This document shows, one piece after another, positions 1 through 16,342 of a DNA stretch of 64,000 bases. Below the pieces are notes generated by a model. It saw only the letters and a program-made list of their open reading frames with translations. It made no database searches and was not told the DNA's origin. The position numbers and the translations under genes are program-made. The stretch's first letter is position 1; the number at the start of each line of letters is the position of its first letter. The stretch lies in NCBI RefSeq assembly GCF_009914755.1, contig NC_060938.1; one strand, given 5' to 3'. Source of the stretch: the human T2T-CHM13v2.0 reference genome, Homo sapiens.

Positions 1-2264
1 GTACTTTTAAATTGTGAAGATTAAATGAGATAATATATGTATAAAGTATATAGGACATTCCTGGCACACAGTAGAAACAATTACACATAGAAACAATTTT
101 AAAAATTATATATAAAAATCATTTTAATGGCAAAAAAAGCTGTTTGCAGATTATCACTTCCTCATGGGAAAATATCACATAGCTTACTTTTCTTTGTATT
201 CTCAGTAACTGACAAATGGTAGGAACTCAATATATGTGTTTCTGAGAAACTTTTGAACCTCCTGGAAAAAGCTTCAAACAAAGCAATCATTAAGAGTTTT
301 TTGGTTTTAATAAGGATTAAAATCTAAAATGCACAACAAATGAAGACAAAAATACATAAGAACAGAAATGAGGTCAAATTTGTTAATGAAAGAGTGAAAA
401 GATGTGATTTGTTTTCAAAAAAAAAAACTGCTCTGCTATTCTTCCATTTTGAGGAAGGAAAATATTGTTCAGGAAAAAGATGAGTATCTCTGACGTTTGT
501 AACTAGGAGAAAGAATTTTAAAAATTAGTTAACTTGTTTCTGTTATCCAAGCAAAATATATTCAAGGTTTAAAAATATCATAAAATAGAGATGTGCCTTA
601 AGAACACAAAAATTTCCTGTAATCCCATCAAGCACAACGGTAATCACTGTTTACCTGCAAATCTGGGCCCTCCACTCTGGTTTGGAGCTCTATGAGCTGC
701 AGCAGGATTACAGCAAAACAGGCAACAGAGAAACATGTTATATCTTGTACAGAGACATGCAGCCCAGGCGATGATCTTATTAAATAATGACGAGAACCTT
801 TCTGAGCATCTAAAGTTGTTGTCACAAAAATTGAGGTTCCCCAGGCCACAACTCTCTACTCACTTTGGGAAATCACTTTGAGACACCCTTTGGGAAATGC
901 TGGACTCTAAAATCCAAATAGAATACAAACACTTGTTTCTGAGAAAAAGAAACTGAGTTCAAAATCTCTAGGGATATCCTACTGCTCTGGCAGGAGTCCA
1001 CTGTGATCCGTTAAATGCAAATGAATCAAGAACATCTGGTCTAAGTTTGTTTTAAAGCCTATGAGGGTTTAAATACAAAGAAAGTCTGGCAAAATATAGT
1101 TTTGAGTCTGCTGAATCTAGAATTTTATATTTTTTAAAAAGGCCAAGAGGTTCAGCAGAGCAAGAGACAAAGTAAGGCTAACTTTATAAAGTTAACTAAT
1201 ACAGGTAGTTTGTCAAAATATTTCTTTCTGGTTTCTCTAGCTTTCTAACACTTTAGCAGTGTTAGAAAACACTGCTAAAATGGCATGTACTTCCAAGTCA
1301 GCTTTGCCAATTTATGTATGTTTGGGTTTCTGTACACCACGATCTGACCAAGTAGGCAGTAGAGATTAATGAAAAGCTACATTTGTATATGTATGTGTGT
1401 GTATACATATACATATACATGTATACGAATATAAATTATACATATACATACATATAATTTCGGGAATTTTCAAAGTCTTTAATAAGCGAATACATGTTAT
1501 AAATCTCCAACAAAGGGGGCACAGCGTGACCTAATACACTGGCCCCAGCATCTGGATCTTTTTGGCCTCTTGCATGGGACACACTTTGGAAAATGCTGGA
1601 CTCTTAAGTTCAAGTGGGATACAAACATCAGGGATGCAGACGATTTTAGCCACCCGTATGGTAAATCCACCTGATAGCAATAACATAAACACAGCCTGAG
1701 AAGGACCCTGTATGGCAGATTCACATGAATGTGTGTGCTGAGCTAATGAATCCTGGTGTAGCCAACTTGGGGATTTGTTCCTTGTCTATGAGGAACATCT
1801 GAGCCCCCAGCCCATCCCATGGAACACAGGCTATACAGTGGATCAAGGCCCCAAGTTCTGGGTTGAATAAAGGTTGCCAGATGGAGGTTGCTAGCAAAAT
1901 GGTGCTAACTGAAAATGCTATACAAACTGCATGCTTTTTGCAAGTGGTTGCTGTTGTCCTGTCCAGTCTCCCGCCACTGGACTCTCTTCCCTGTATGTAA
2001 GCCACCAGGAAAGGCCCACGTCTTGTTTGCTGGCTTTGGGTCTCTTCTTCAGTCTTGTGAACCTGGTGCCATCCCCACTAGAGTTGACAGGGGTTTGGCA
2101 GACCACCACCTGCAATCTCAAGCTATACATTCAAGGGTATATTAAACAATTATTAAATACCTGCTATGTGCTTCATCCAGTCTTGACATCCTCAGCTTAC
2201 ATATATCTGAGCATTCTAATCCTACACTTAAATCTACACTTTTCTTATGCATAAAAGAGAGCCT

Positions 2265-2623
<359 letters not shown>

Positions 2624-3786
2624 TTACATATTTTCTCTTCCCTGGTTGGAATGAACTTCAAAGGCAGAAGGTTTGCTTTTATTCCCTCGACCCTCTTACT
2701 GTTCACCAACCCATGTGAACCTAGTGGCATTACAGAGCTACCCTGACTGGTGAAAATAGCAGGGTGTGCCCACCTTGTCTAGACAAAGGAGACTCCTGTG
2801 GAGATGAGGGGTAAGAGAGGAGTGAAATGTTGTTTGGGATTTTGCCTATTAACAATTCTCCTGCCATTCGCTCTTGAGAGCAGACCTCAGAGCTAACATC
2901 AACACTGCTCTCCAGCTCTGCCCCCTCGCACCCTGTGATTTAACCAAGGTAAGGGGATTTGTTTGCCTTCCTACTAATTATCCCCTTGGTGAGAAAATGA
3001 GAATAAAGTGTAGGCTGATCACAGAGTCTTTCCCTCCACGATTATGCTGGGAACTGGATTGCCCTGCAGGGCTGCCAAATCCCTGCAGAACTCTGCCGCA
3101 GATGACAGGGAAGAGGCTGTGGCTCTGCTCTCGGCAGCCCACTACCAAGCAAGGGGGCCAAGGCAAATAGGCTGGGCCCAGAGCACCGTAATCCCTCTCC
3201 AAACAAGAGATGAATCACAGAACATGAGGTGCCCAGTGGTTACCCTGACACACTGTGCTGCCAGGGAGAGCCCAGCTCAGCTGAGGGAGCTCCAGATGAG
3301 ACTGCAGTTCCAAGGAACTCTTCAACCTCTACCACCCTCTGCAATGCTAAAGGGCACGGCGGGGGGTGGGGGGGCAATGACAAACGTCTCCCCAAGGCAG
3401 TTCCTCCCAAGGTTCCCCAGGCACAGAAACCAATCATACCAAACTCCCCACTGCGTCTCTGTATTTACTGCTTGCTGCTGAGAAATGCAAAGCACTTCTC
3501 AGATCTCATTCCACATGCTATAGTTTGAGTAACAGCTTTCTTTGGGGGTAACAGAGGAGTCGACAGTAATTATCCTTATGCCCCATATCAAATGGAAATG
3601 AGGCAGAGAGATATTAAATTAAGATTTTTTTATTCCTACAGCACTTGGCACTGTACGAAACACCTTCATATATACCCTGTCACCCTGACTGAGCAGGATC
3701 GCTCAGTTCCATTTTACAGGTAAGAAAGTAAAGCTCTGAAGAAATGACTTACCCGGAGGACAGACTGATGGGAATCTGCCCCATAA

Positions 3787-4267
<481 letters not shown>

Positions 4268-5204
4268 AATGAAAGCATTTTTAAATTCCCTGCTACTGGA
4301 GTAAATGGTTAAATGTCACAGGTTGAAAAATACTTGTTCATTCTCCTAAACTTTGTCTTTCCTTCTCCTCCTTCTATTCTGGGACCCAGGATGAGGTGAA
4401 GACTTTTCAAAGCCAGAGCTCTACCCTGATAGCACACGTCAGGATGTTCAGGAAGAGCCTCATGGGTTATTACAGCTCAGGATGCATCCAGACACTGTCT
4501 CCATGGCCTGCGGAGCTGCTCTCTGAGGACTCACTTCACTGCCCCTCATTTCCCAGGCTCATGGAGATATACTACCTGTCACCTCTGGGCCTGGAGGGCA
4601 GATGGAGGTAAGATGCAAAGGAAGACTGCGTCGTCAAAGCAGATGGAAGCATTCCCTAGCACCTGGGCCATCCTGGGTCCTAGCTTAATTACTAAAGAAT
4701 AGGGAGATTTCAAAGTAAAATGTCCAGACATTTGTTTATAGAACATAATACTGTGGGCACACAGCAGTTATCTGTAAGCATTCATATCTGTCAAGGACAT
4801 ATGGACTTTATCCTCAAGCTCTGCCTGCTACACATCTTGTTTTAAATCCCTTGGTCCTATTTATGTTAAAAATAAGCCAAGGCAAAATATGTATATATGC
4901 TTGTATGCATCCTCTATACATATCTGTATGGAAGGTCTGGGGGGTAACATAGCAAATAAATAACTACAGTGACTGTTTGGGAACTGGCTGGAAAAGGATT
5001 TGGAAGTTTCACTGAAATTCAGGTCATCCATTTCTCAGTGGTGTTCTCTTAACAAGTTGCTTCACCTTTCTCAGACTCAGTGTCAACTAGGAAATGGGGA
5101 GAATGACACCTGCCTTACAGGATTGCTGTAAAAGCCACAGATCATACACCTCATATGCTGGCACACAGCAGACACTCAGTAAGTGCTAGCTATAACTATT
5201 ACTA

Positions 5205-5522
<318 letters not shown>

Positions 5523-5679
5523 GAGGATGGTTGCCAAAAGGCCATACCTCTACCCTCCTTGTAGCCATAGAAACTGCCTCTTGTTGAATAAGAGCATCCC
5601 TCCTCATTCTCTAGTCCCAGATTTGCCTTTGAGTCTCTGGTGTAAACTCTGGCGTAGGGGCCAGTTAGTTTCTGGTGAG

Positions 5680-6045
5680 GATCAAGTGTGCTGGCTATTC
5701 CAACACACCTGTTTGCCGCTTCCAACCTCAGATCCACTCTATCTGCTCTGGCGACTGACCTCTGTGGGCTGCTTCCCCAGGGCTTCATGTCCTTTGGCCT
5801 CAGGCTAGGATCTACTAGTTGGAAACACCAGCACCAGATTTGGGAATTTATTCCTCCCTATCTCCCTGCTTGGTCAAATCTCTGCAGTGGCTCTGTCCTT
5901 TCTGTCGCCATAGCTCCTGTTGGGCAGTCCCTTTTCTATGATTCCAGCGCTTGCTTTCTCTGTAGGTGGTCCCTTCATTAAGCTCTCTCCAGATAAACCT
6001 TTTTAGGGCACCATCTGCTTCCCGCCAGGACCCCAACCAAAACAG
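5680..6045 (+). mobile_element. Old ERVL-type LTR fragment (LTR33/LTR16-like)
   Basis: 3' end ccatctgcttcccgccaggacccc..aaca resembles ERVL LTR termini. Confidence 0.4.
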
Positions 6046-7776
6046 GGGAGGAGGTTTTCTTGATGCAAACTATGACACTGTTAGAATGACTTTAGAACAA
6101 GGAGATGTTAAAAATAATTATAAGCTGTGGAGGCAGACTAATAATGTCTAGTTCAGGCTAGGGCTCTGATTTTCATCACTTGAACCTCCAAGAATTAAAG
6201 CAACTTTCATCTAATAAGAAAGTAGATTAGGCAATGAAAAAACAGCCTCAGCATAGAAATCTTGGCTTTTCCTTCAGTGAGGGGCCCATTTTGCAACTCT
6301 CCAAAGCAACAAGAACCTTGCAGCAGGAAAGAGAACTTGTTTCAACCGTGATGGCCACTTATTCTGTGTCAAGCATCACATAAGTTATTCTACATAAACT
6401 GTCTCATTTGGAGATGATAACTTGGTGAGGTATACCCATTTTTCAGATGAGGAAATGGAGTCATAAAGATAGTAAGCTGGTCAGTGCAGAATCAGGGTTT
6501 GAACCTGAGCAGTCTGGCTCTGGAGTCTGGGTATGCATATGGGCCTCCTCCCTGGAAAGGCCTGGAAAGGGGGCCCAGAGCAATGAAAAGTGAAGCAGGG
6601 AGGCAAGCTCAGCCTCTCTTCCTAACAGCCTCAGCTGCTGAAGGTGTGCTCGCATCCATGAGATGCCCCCACTGTGGAAATGGGGCTGTGGGGGCATATT
6701 TCAGCCACCAACCAGGATCATCAGTCACAGAGACAAACCAGAACTGAAGGAGTGTCTGTGAAAACAAAATGCTATAAAGAACCACAGCTTCTGAAGACAA
6801 AGGGAGTCCATGATAAACTAGGATTCTCTGCAACATTATCAAATACCAAACCAAATCCTGCCTGAAGCCTTCAGTCTACAAGACAGATCGCTCTCTATAC
6901 TTGTAGAATTGAATGGCACATAGCATGAGGGCAAACATCCGAAGCTTAAAAATGATCTAGAAACTCTGAACAACATTGAAGAGGAAAAACAAATGTTGTC
7001 AACACACTGGGTAATTTCATCCACAGAGAAACGAGCAGTAACTTCATCACTTTCAGAAGAAACCAATCTCTCGGGTCAAATAACCAAAACACCAAGAACA
7101 TCTTTCCAATGCCAAGTATCTTTCCAGTGCCATTCCCAAACCTTGCCTGTAATTCAGCACTTGTTAACAGACCCATATTCCACCTGCAAAGAAAGCCAGC
7201 ATTCCATCTTACACCTACTGGAAAGTTTAATAAAGGAGGCATAGTGCATTGCCGATTGATGTATCACTCAACCAAGGCACAACAGAATAAACACTTAACT
7301 GCCAAATGATGTGTAGTCTGGACACAGTGGCTGAGTGTTGATTCTCATTCTGTTTTATATAACATTCGTTTTCTCTGCTTAAATCTACCTCCCTCTTATT
7401 GAAAAGGCAAGATGCATGGGTAGTAGGATGAAAGATTCAGCCTTGTGCATATTTACACACGTTCAGTAATTCCAGGAGAAAATAAATTGACAGAGAATGG
7501 TATTTATACCAAACAGTCAGAAAACAACATATTAAGATACACTGTCAAATGGTTGCCGAGTATGAATAATCTGCCAACCAAGGATCCAATTTGTGTATAC
7601 ATCTTCCCCAATGCAATTTCCAGCCACTTTGGGTTCTAGCTTTTTGACTGGATAACAACACCTGAACTCATTCTGCAAAGGAAGCCAGCTGCAGCAATTT
7701 TTAAAAGGACTTTAAAGTGGACCTGGGTACACCAAAAGTGATTTGCAAAGCCCTCTGGCTTAGAGCTCCATCTTAC

Positions 7777-7974
7777 CAGTTGAGTCAGCCCCAGAAGCCT
7801 GGCCACTCGTCTGCTCCTCAGCATTGATGAGCTGCAGATCTGTATACGAACATCCAAAGCTAGGACTGCTGGTGTCTTCAGAATGGGTGGTCCAGCTGCT
7901 CTCAGAAGTCAGAGGGCATCTCCCCAGGGAGTCAAAGGAAGGGCATGTCCAGCAGGGCATGGTCAATGGTAGGG
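7777..7974 (-). CDS. STON2: Stonin-2 coding exon (ALPLTMPCWTCPSFDS...SGQASGADST)
   Basis: Overlaps ORF 7760..8002; acceptor tctctccccag|CC at 7975/7974, donor ACTG|GTAAGA at 7777/7776; 198 nt, phase 1-1; gene continues beyond position 1. Confidence 0.97.
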
Positions 7975-8202
7975 CTGGGGAGAGACCAAAAACCAAAAGC
8001 ATACAATATAAATAGTTGTACTTTGTTTATCTTTAGTGCTTATCTTACTTTGATGTTGCTCACATCATATGAAATCTCAACAGTCATATGAGGCAAGGAA
8101 GTCTTGTATGGAGAGTATCACTCATGACACAGACAGGAAAAACTGACTGACTGAGACCCCATGGTGAGTCAGTATCAAAACCAGTACGAAAAGTAAGGTC
8201 CT

Positions 8203-8472
8203 GGCTGGGTGCGGCGGCTCACGCCTGTAATCTCAGCACTTTGGGAGGCCGAGGTGGGCGGATCACGAGGTCAGGAGATCGAGACCATCCTGGCTAACAC
8301 GGTGAAACCCCGTCTCTGCTAAAAATACAAAAATTTAGCCAAGCATGGTGGCTGGAGCCCGTAGTCCCAGCTACTCGGGAGGCTGAGATAGGAGAATGGC
8401 GTGAACCCAGGAGGCGGAGCTTGCAGCACTCCAGCCTGGACAACAGAATGAATGAGACTGAGTCTCAAAAAA

Positions 8473-8500
<28 letters not shown>
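8203..8500 (+). mobile_element. AluY-like with internal deletion in right arm
   Basis: gagatcgagaccatcctggctaacac / gaatggcgtgaacc diagnostics; TSD gaaaagtaaggtcc. Confidence 0.93.
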
Positions 8501-8505
<5 letters not shown>

Positions 8506-9068
8506 TAAGGTCCCAGGACTCTCCAATCAAAGAAAATCTCACTAAAGGAACACAAGTTACTTCAGGGTCTAATTTCACTTCTTAACTTAGATTTCAGCTT
8601 TTTTCAAACCCAAACTACAGGAATCTTGCAGTTTCACCCTTACTGTTACATTTCCTCCATTTTTAGTGGCACAAAAAAACTCACCAATTTACACTGAAAC
8701 ATTAGAGCCAGTTTAGGTTAAAGGATAAAGAGTAGATATGTAACTATATATGAACATGTATGTGGCATGCCCCTGCTTGCTTTGAGTTGACTGTAACTGG
8801 AGATTCTGCTGACTGTCACATTTACAAATGGAGATTTACTGAGGCTGCCAACCTGCTGCAATACAATGAAAAATACCTTTAAGGGGAAAATGTACAAAAC
8901 TTGGCTTTATCTCCTTAGTCTTGAGAACCAAATCAGACTTTAAAAACTACCTTAGAAAGGTTTTTTAAAATCTTTCAAATTTGAAACTTTCGAATTCTCC
9001 TAATTTGTCTTTAGTTAATTTCCTATCACATGCTGCCTCCACGGTGCTGCATAAGAATCATATCATTA

Positions 9069-9377
<309 letters not shown>

Positions 9378-10761
9378 CAATCATATCATTGCAAATTTAC
9401 CAACAGGTACTGAAACAAGTGCTGAAAATAACCTAGATAAGACAGGAAGAATGAAAACAAGAGAAACTACCATGTATTGAGTACCCATCAAATGTCAGGT
9501 ATTTTACAAATGTCTTGTTTCATCCATCTATCCTGAGAGATAGGCAGTAGTCTTATTTTAACTCAAAGACATTAAGAAACTTGCCCAAGATGATAATGTC
9601 AGTTCTCCTGCCGGGAAAACCAAAACAAATAGAAAAAGAAAAATTGAGATTTAAGAGAGAAGAAAGAATAAACATCAATGCTTGCAATAGTATAAATATA
9701 AAATTTTTCATTCCTTATTCCCTTAGGCATTTGTAAAGCATTTAGGTCCTTTTTCTGGAGTGCTCATTGTTCATATCCTCTTTTCTTTAAAAATGTCACC
9801 CTTTCTGCATATTCCTGAGTATTCTCTCCAAAAATGCGAGGTCCCCTTCCCTGCTTTATTTGTCCTTAGTGTTATCACTGTCTAATGTACTACACGCCCA
9901 TGTCTTCCATACTAGAATCCAAGCTCCTTGAGGGGGCAGGGATTTTTGTCTATTATGTTCACTTCTATACCCCCATTCCTGGAATAGTGCCTGGTATAAG
10001 GCAGGCATTCAACAAATATTTGTTGGTTATATCAACAGAAGCACCACAAATCATTCCATAACAGTCTATACTAAATACAGAATATTAAAATTGGACTGGT
10101 ATCTATAACCCCCACCCCAAACATAGAAAAAAATTAAAATACTAAAAAAGAAGAAAAGATAAAAATTTTTTATAAACCAACCAAAAGTAAAAAGCAAAGC
10201 CAAATTTATAAAAGCTTGCTATATGATGCCATTTCCTATAGTATGGTGGTTAAGATACTTTAAACTACTATGGAAATACAATTAAAATATTTGTAAAATG
10301 TAATAACATTATTTAAAATGCATCACACGGTGAGCAACAAAGTAAAGAATCATCAGAGGCCGAGTGAAAGCTGCAACCCCAAAAGAGTAAACAGAGGACA
10401 CAAGCTGATTTTCACTCTCAAGATTTTGAACAAACCAGACTCTTGAGTTTTCCAAATCTCTTATGAAGAAGGCAAACAATAAAGAACCTAGGGCCAACCG
10501 AAGATGGGGAACAGAAGAGCTGATGCATAAAGTGAGAATTCCTAAAAGCCTTAAAGGGTAAGTTAGAAATAACCTCCACCCTTAGCTGAAGATAGGAAAG
10601 AAAATTGTCTGCCTTAGGATTGCATGAAGAGTAGAGGAAAAAATATCTCCTGAGAATTAATAACCACAAATTTTTTCACATAGGGGTGTACAGCTAAAAC
10701 TACTTGTGTGGTCTGAAAAACCTCCAAGTTGAGACTAGTTTAAGTACTTCCAGGTTAGTAG

Positions 10762-11122
<361 letters not shown>

Positions 11123-14100
11123 AATAATCCCTTCTGAAGGAAGATACCTTCAAACCAGCCTCCTCAGACAGAATGTTCCTAAGTTGATGTGCACATGGCA
11201 GAAAAAATAATAAATAATAAATAAATAAATCACAAAATGCATAAGAAATCAAGTTACCATGAACAAGAACCAGCAAAGTGTGTGGGTGGGTGGGGTGAAC
11301 AGGCAGAATGAGATCTGCAAAGAACTTTCAGACACTAGAATTGTTGAGCAAAAAATACAACTGTTTAATCTGTTTAAGGAAATAAGAAAAGAAATTAAAA
11401 ATATGAAAAAGGAGCATGTACAATTGAAAAAGAACTAAATAAACTTCCAGAGAAGAAAAATATGCTACTGTAAATACAAAATTGAATGGATAACATAGAC
11501 AAAAAGATGAAAATATGAAAGAGAGATGAAGACACACGGAGGGCAGCGTGAGACAGTCTCATAGATATCTAATATGAGTTCCTAAGGAGAGGAGAAAGAA
11601 AATGGTAGAGGGGCAATATTTGAAAAAATACTGGTTGAAAATTCCCTAGAATTTATGAAAGATTTTACTTGTCAGATTAGAAATTCCAAGATATCTCAAG
11701 CAGGGTAACTAAAAATAAATCTACAAATAGACACCAAAAATACATAAGACCAAAAACAAAGAGAAGATCTTAACAGCCATCAAAGAGAAAATACACATTA
11801 CCTTCAAACGAAGAATGTTTAGACTGACTACCACCTCTTTCCAGAGCAGGAGAAGCCAATGTGCACTTCAAAGTATAGACAGAAAAATAACTATGAAGTT
11901 AGAATTACATACCCAGTGAAATATCTTCACAGAACAGGGAAAAAATAAAGACAATTCAGACAAACAAAAACTATAAATATCCTTAAAGGAGGAAAGAAAG
12001 GTGAAATAAAAGGAATGTAAGAGGTTAGAAATAAAATTGTATCAGTACTTAAAAATAAACATAAATGGACTAAGCATTCAAGACAAAAAGACTGACAGGT
12101 TGAATTAACAAATGAAATTTAACATGGTATGCACAAAAAATATATCTAAAATACAAAGGATTATCAATGATGAAAGTAAAGGGATGGGAAAGCCATATAA
12201 GATAAAATATTAATGAAAAGAAAGTTGATATAGTTATAGATTATGGATAGACTTTACAACAAAATGATAAAAAGTACAATTCATCAGAAATATATAATCC
12301 TAAACTTGGATATATTTAATAACATAGCCTCAAAATTATTAATGCAAAAATTGACAGAACTGTAAGAAAGTAAGAAATGTCCATCATCATAATGGAAGAT
12401 GTTAAAATACACCTCTCAGTTATTGATATATCAAGCAAGCAAAAATATCAGCAAGCAAACAGAAGCTTTAAACAACAAAATGACCACGCTGATCTAATGA
12501 TCATAGAACATTACACTCAACCGGTGAAGAATGCATATTTTTTATAATAACACCAAGAATTTTTATGATAAGTGATAACATGCCATCACTTGACATGAAG
12601 CAAGCTGGAACAAATTTCAAAAAATTGGTATACAGACCACAAATACTGGTTATGATACAATTAAGTATCTAGTTATCTAACTAGTTGTCTGGTTAACTAG
12701 TATCTAGTTGTCTATACTAGATAAAAAACAATTTGAAAAATTTAAAAATTAAGAAACATACTTCTAAATAATTCACTGGCCAAAGAAGAAATATCAATAA
12801 ATATTAGGAAATATTTTGAATCAAGCAATAATGAAAATACTATATGTGAAAATTTTAAGAATATATGTAAGCAGTATTGTCAGCTTATATTAGAAGACAA
12901 ATGAAACTTCATACAGTAAGCTCCCAATTTATTAAGATACAAAAGTAGAGCAAAATAAATCACAGAATGTTAGAAAAAGGAAATAATAAATATAAAATCA
13001 TAAATTATTTAAAAAATTTTAAAATACACAGATAAAATGTTCTTAGAGAAGACTAATAGAATTAAAAAGAGTGCAAATAACAGTAGGAATGAAAAGTGTA
13101 CACAATTACAAATACTATATTTAGAAGGCAATGAAGGGAAATAATAAATGTCTTTATACCAATACATAAATACGGATAAAACTATAGAAGTCCTAGCAAA
13201 ATATAACTTTTCAAAACTGATTCAAGAAGAAGGTTAAAAACCTGACTTGTCCAATAACCTTGAAATAAAGTGAACCAAGACTTAAAACCTTCCCACCAGA
13301 AAAATGTCAGGCCAGGTGCTTTTACTGAAAAGTTCTATCAAACGTTAAAGGAAAAAGAAAAAATTTTAATCTTCCACTAACTACTCCAGAGTACACAAGA
13401 AGAAAGGCCACTCATCTACTCATTTTATAAGGTTAGCATTTGTAAGGTTAGACACCAAAACCTGACAATATATACCCAATTTATATGTAAAGTCTCTAAA
13501 AGGAGAATTACAAAATAATCTCAATCATGGACATAGGTAAAAGGATCCCAAACAAATTATCAAAGAGAATTTAGTGATCTATGGAAAGGAGAATTATATA
13601 ATGACTAAATTGAGTTATCCAATTTATACAAGGTTGGTTTAACACAGTGTTTCTCAACCTTTTTCTCATTATTGTCCCCCTAAGGAAACTTCTTGTACAT
13701 TTTTTCCCCTAATCACTCTCTCTTGAATTCCCGTCCTCTAATAGAATATTACAATCAGAAAATTGACATTAATACAATCCACCAATCTTATTCATATTTC
13801 CCCAGTTTTACATGTACGTGGGGGTGTGTGTGTATCTAGTTCTATGCAATGTTATCAATGTGTAGGTACATGTATCCACCACAGTCAAGATACAGAACAG
13901 TTCCATCACTGCAAGGATCTTTCCTGCTGCACTTTCATAAGCATGCCCATTTCCCTCCTACCTTGCCTCCATCTCCATACTCTGTTCCTAACCTTTGACA
14001 ACCACTAATCTGTTTTTCATTTCTATAATTTTGTCATTCCAAGAATGCAATATAAATGGAATCATGCATTATACAACTTTTTAGGACTGGCTTTTATTAC

Positions 14101-14573
14101 TCAGCATAATGCCTTTGAGCTTCATCTGAGTTGTTGCATGTACCAGTAGTTCATTCCTTTTTATTGCTGAGTAGTATTCCATGATATACATATATCAGTT
14201 AGTTTCCTTCTTTCTCCATCAAAGGACATCTAGGCTGTTTTTGGTTCTTAGCTATTATGGATAAAGCTGCTATAAACATTTGTGTACAGGTTTTTGTATG
14301 AACGTAAGTTTCCATTTCTCTGGGATAAAGTCCAAGAGTGCAATTGCTGGGTCATACGGTAATTGCACGTTTAGTTTTATAAGAAACCACCAAACTGTTT
14401 TCCAAAGTGGTTGTACCATTTTATATTCCCACCAGCAATGCATGAATGATCCAATCTCTCGGCATCCTCACTAGCATTTAGTCTTACCATTACTTCTTAT
14501 TTCAGTTATTCTAATAGATGTGCAGTGAAAGGATCATTTTAATTTGTATTTCCCTAATGGATAATGATATTGA

Positions 14574-15347
<774 letters not shown>

Positions 15348-16342
15348 TGAAAATATTTTCTCCCAGTCTGTAGCTTGTCTTTTCATCCTTTTCACAGAGT
15401 TTTTGCAAAGTAAAAGTTTTTGAAATTTTAATGCTACACATATATTTTGTTTACTTTTGTACTGTATATATATATTATAGCTATTCTGTATACAACAAAA
15501 ATTACAATTTATTTGCCCTACTCAAGAACTATTTTTAGCCCCCTTGGGGATAATATCACCCTGTTGAGAATACATGGGTTAACATTAGAAAATCAATTAA
15601 TGTAATTCACTGCAATAACATATTAAAAGAGAAAAATCTTACCATCATAGTATAGAAAAAGCACTAAAAATAAATTTTAGTCTTTATTCATGGTAGTAAT
15701 TTTTAGCAAATTAGAAACAGAAGGACTCCCTAAACCTAACAGAAATACCCCCCAAAGCTTAATTAACCCTTGGAGATTCTGATCAAGATGGTGATGTTCA
15801 TTATCCTCTCTTCTGTTCAACATCATATTTATGATCAGAGCCTGCACAGTAAGGCAGGAAGTGAAAAGAAGTAAAAGAAACATAACTGTCATTATTTGCA
15901 GATGATATTTTTGTATATGTAAAATAACCAAAAGACTTTACCAATAAGTTAGCAAATTAATAATGTTAGCAAGGTATGCTTGTTAATTAAAAAATCAACA
16001 TATAAAAGTGAATTGTGTTTCTGAAAGCCAGCAAGAAATATTTAGAAAATGAAATTTAAAGCAAGACAGTATTTGTAATAGCAACAATAAGTATGAAGCA
16101 TATGTAGTATCAAACCTAACAAAAAATGTGCTAAGCCTTAGAGGAAGTATTTCTAAAGTTTATTAACAGACAATAAAGAAGATTAAATAAATGGAGAAAG
16201 ATATATATGGAGATATATATATGGAGATAGAGATAAATAGATAAACATTTAGAGATTGAAAGATTTAACGTTGTAAAGATGTTAATTCTCCCCAAACTGG
16301 TTTATAAATTTACTTCAATGTCAATTAAAATTCTAGCATGGC

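Noticed and set aside
880-1608. Shared ~30-bp motif acac.ctttgg.aaatgctggactct at about 880 and 1580
   Set aside because: Looks like termini of MER5-type hAT elements; independent copies explain it
2874-3528. Cluster of overlapping ORFs up to 145 aa in GC-richer unique DNA
   Set aside because: No recognisable protein similarity or convincing splice structure; expected by chance at this GC content
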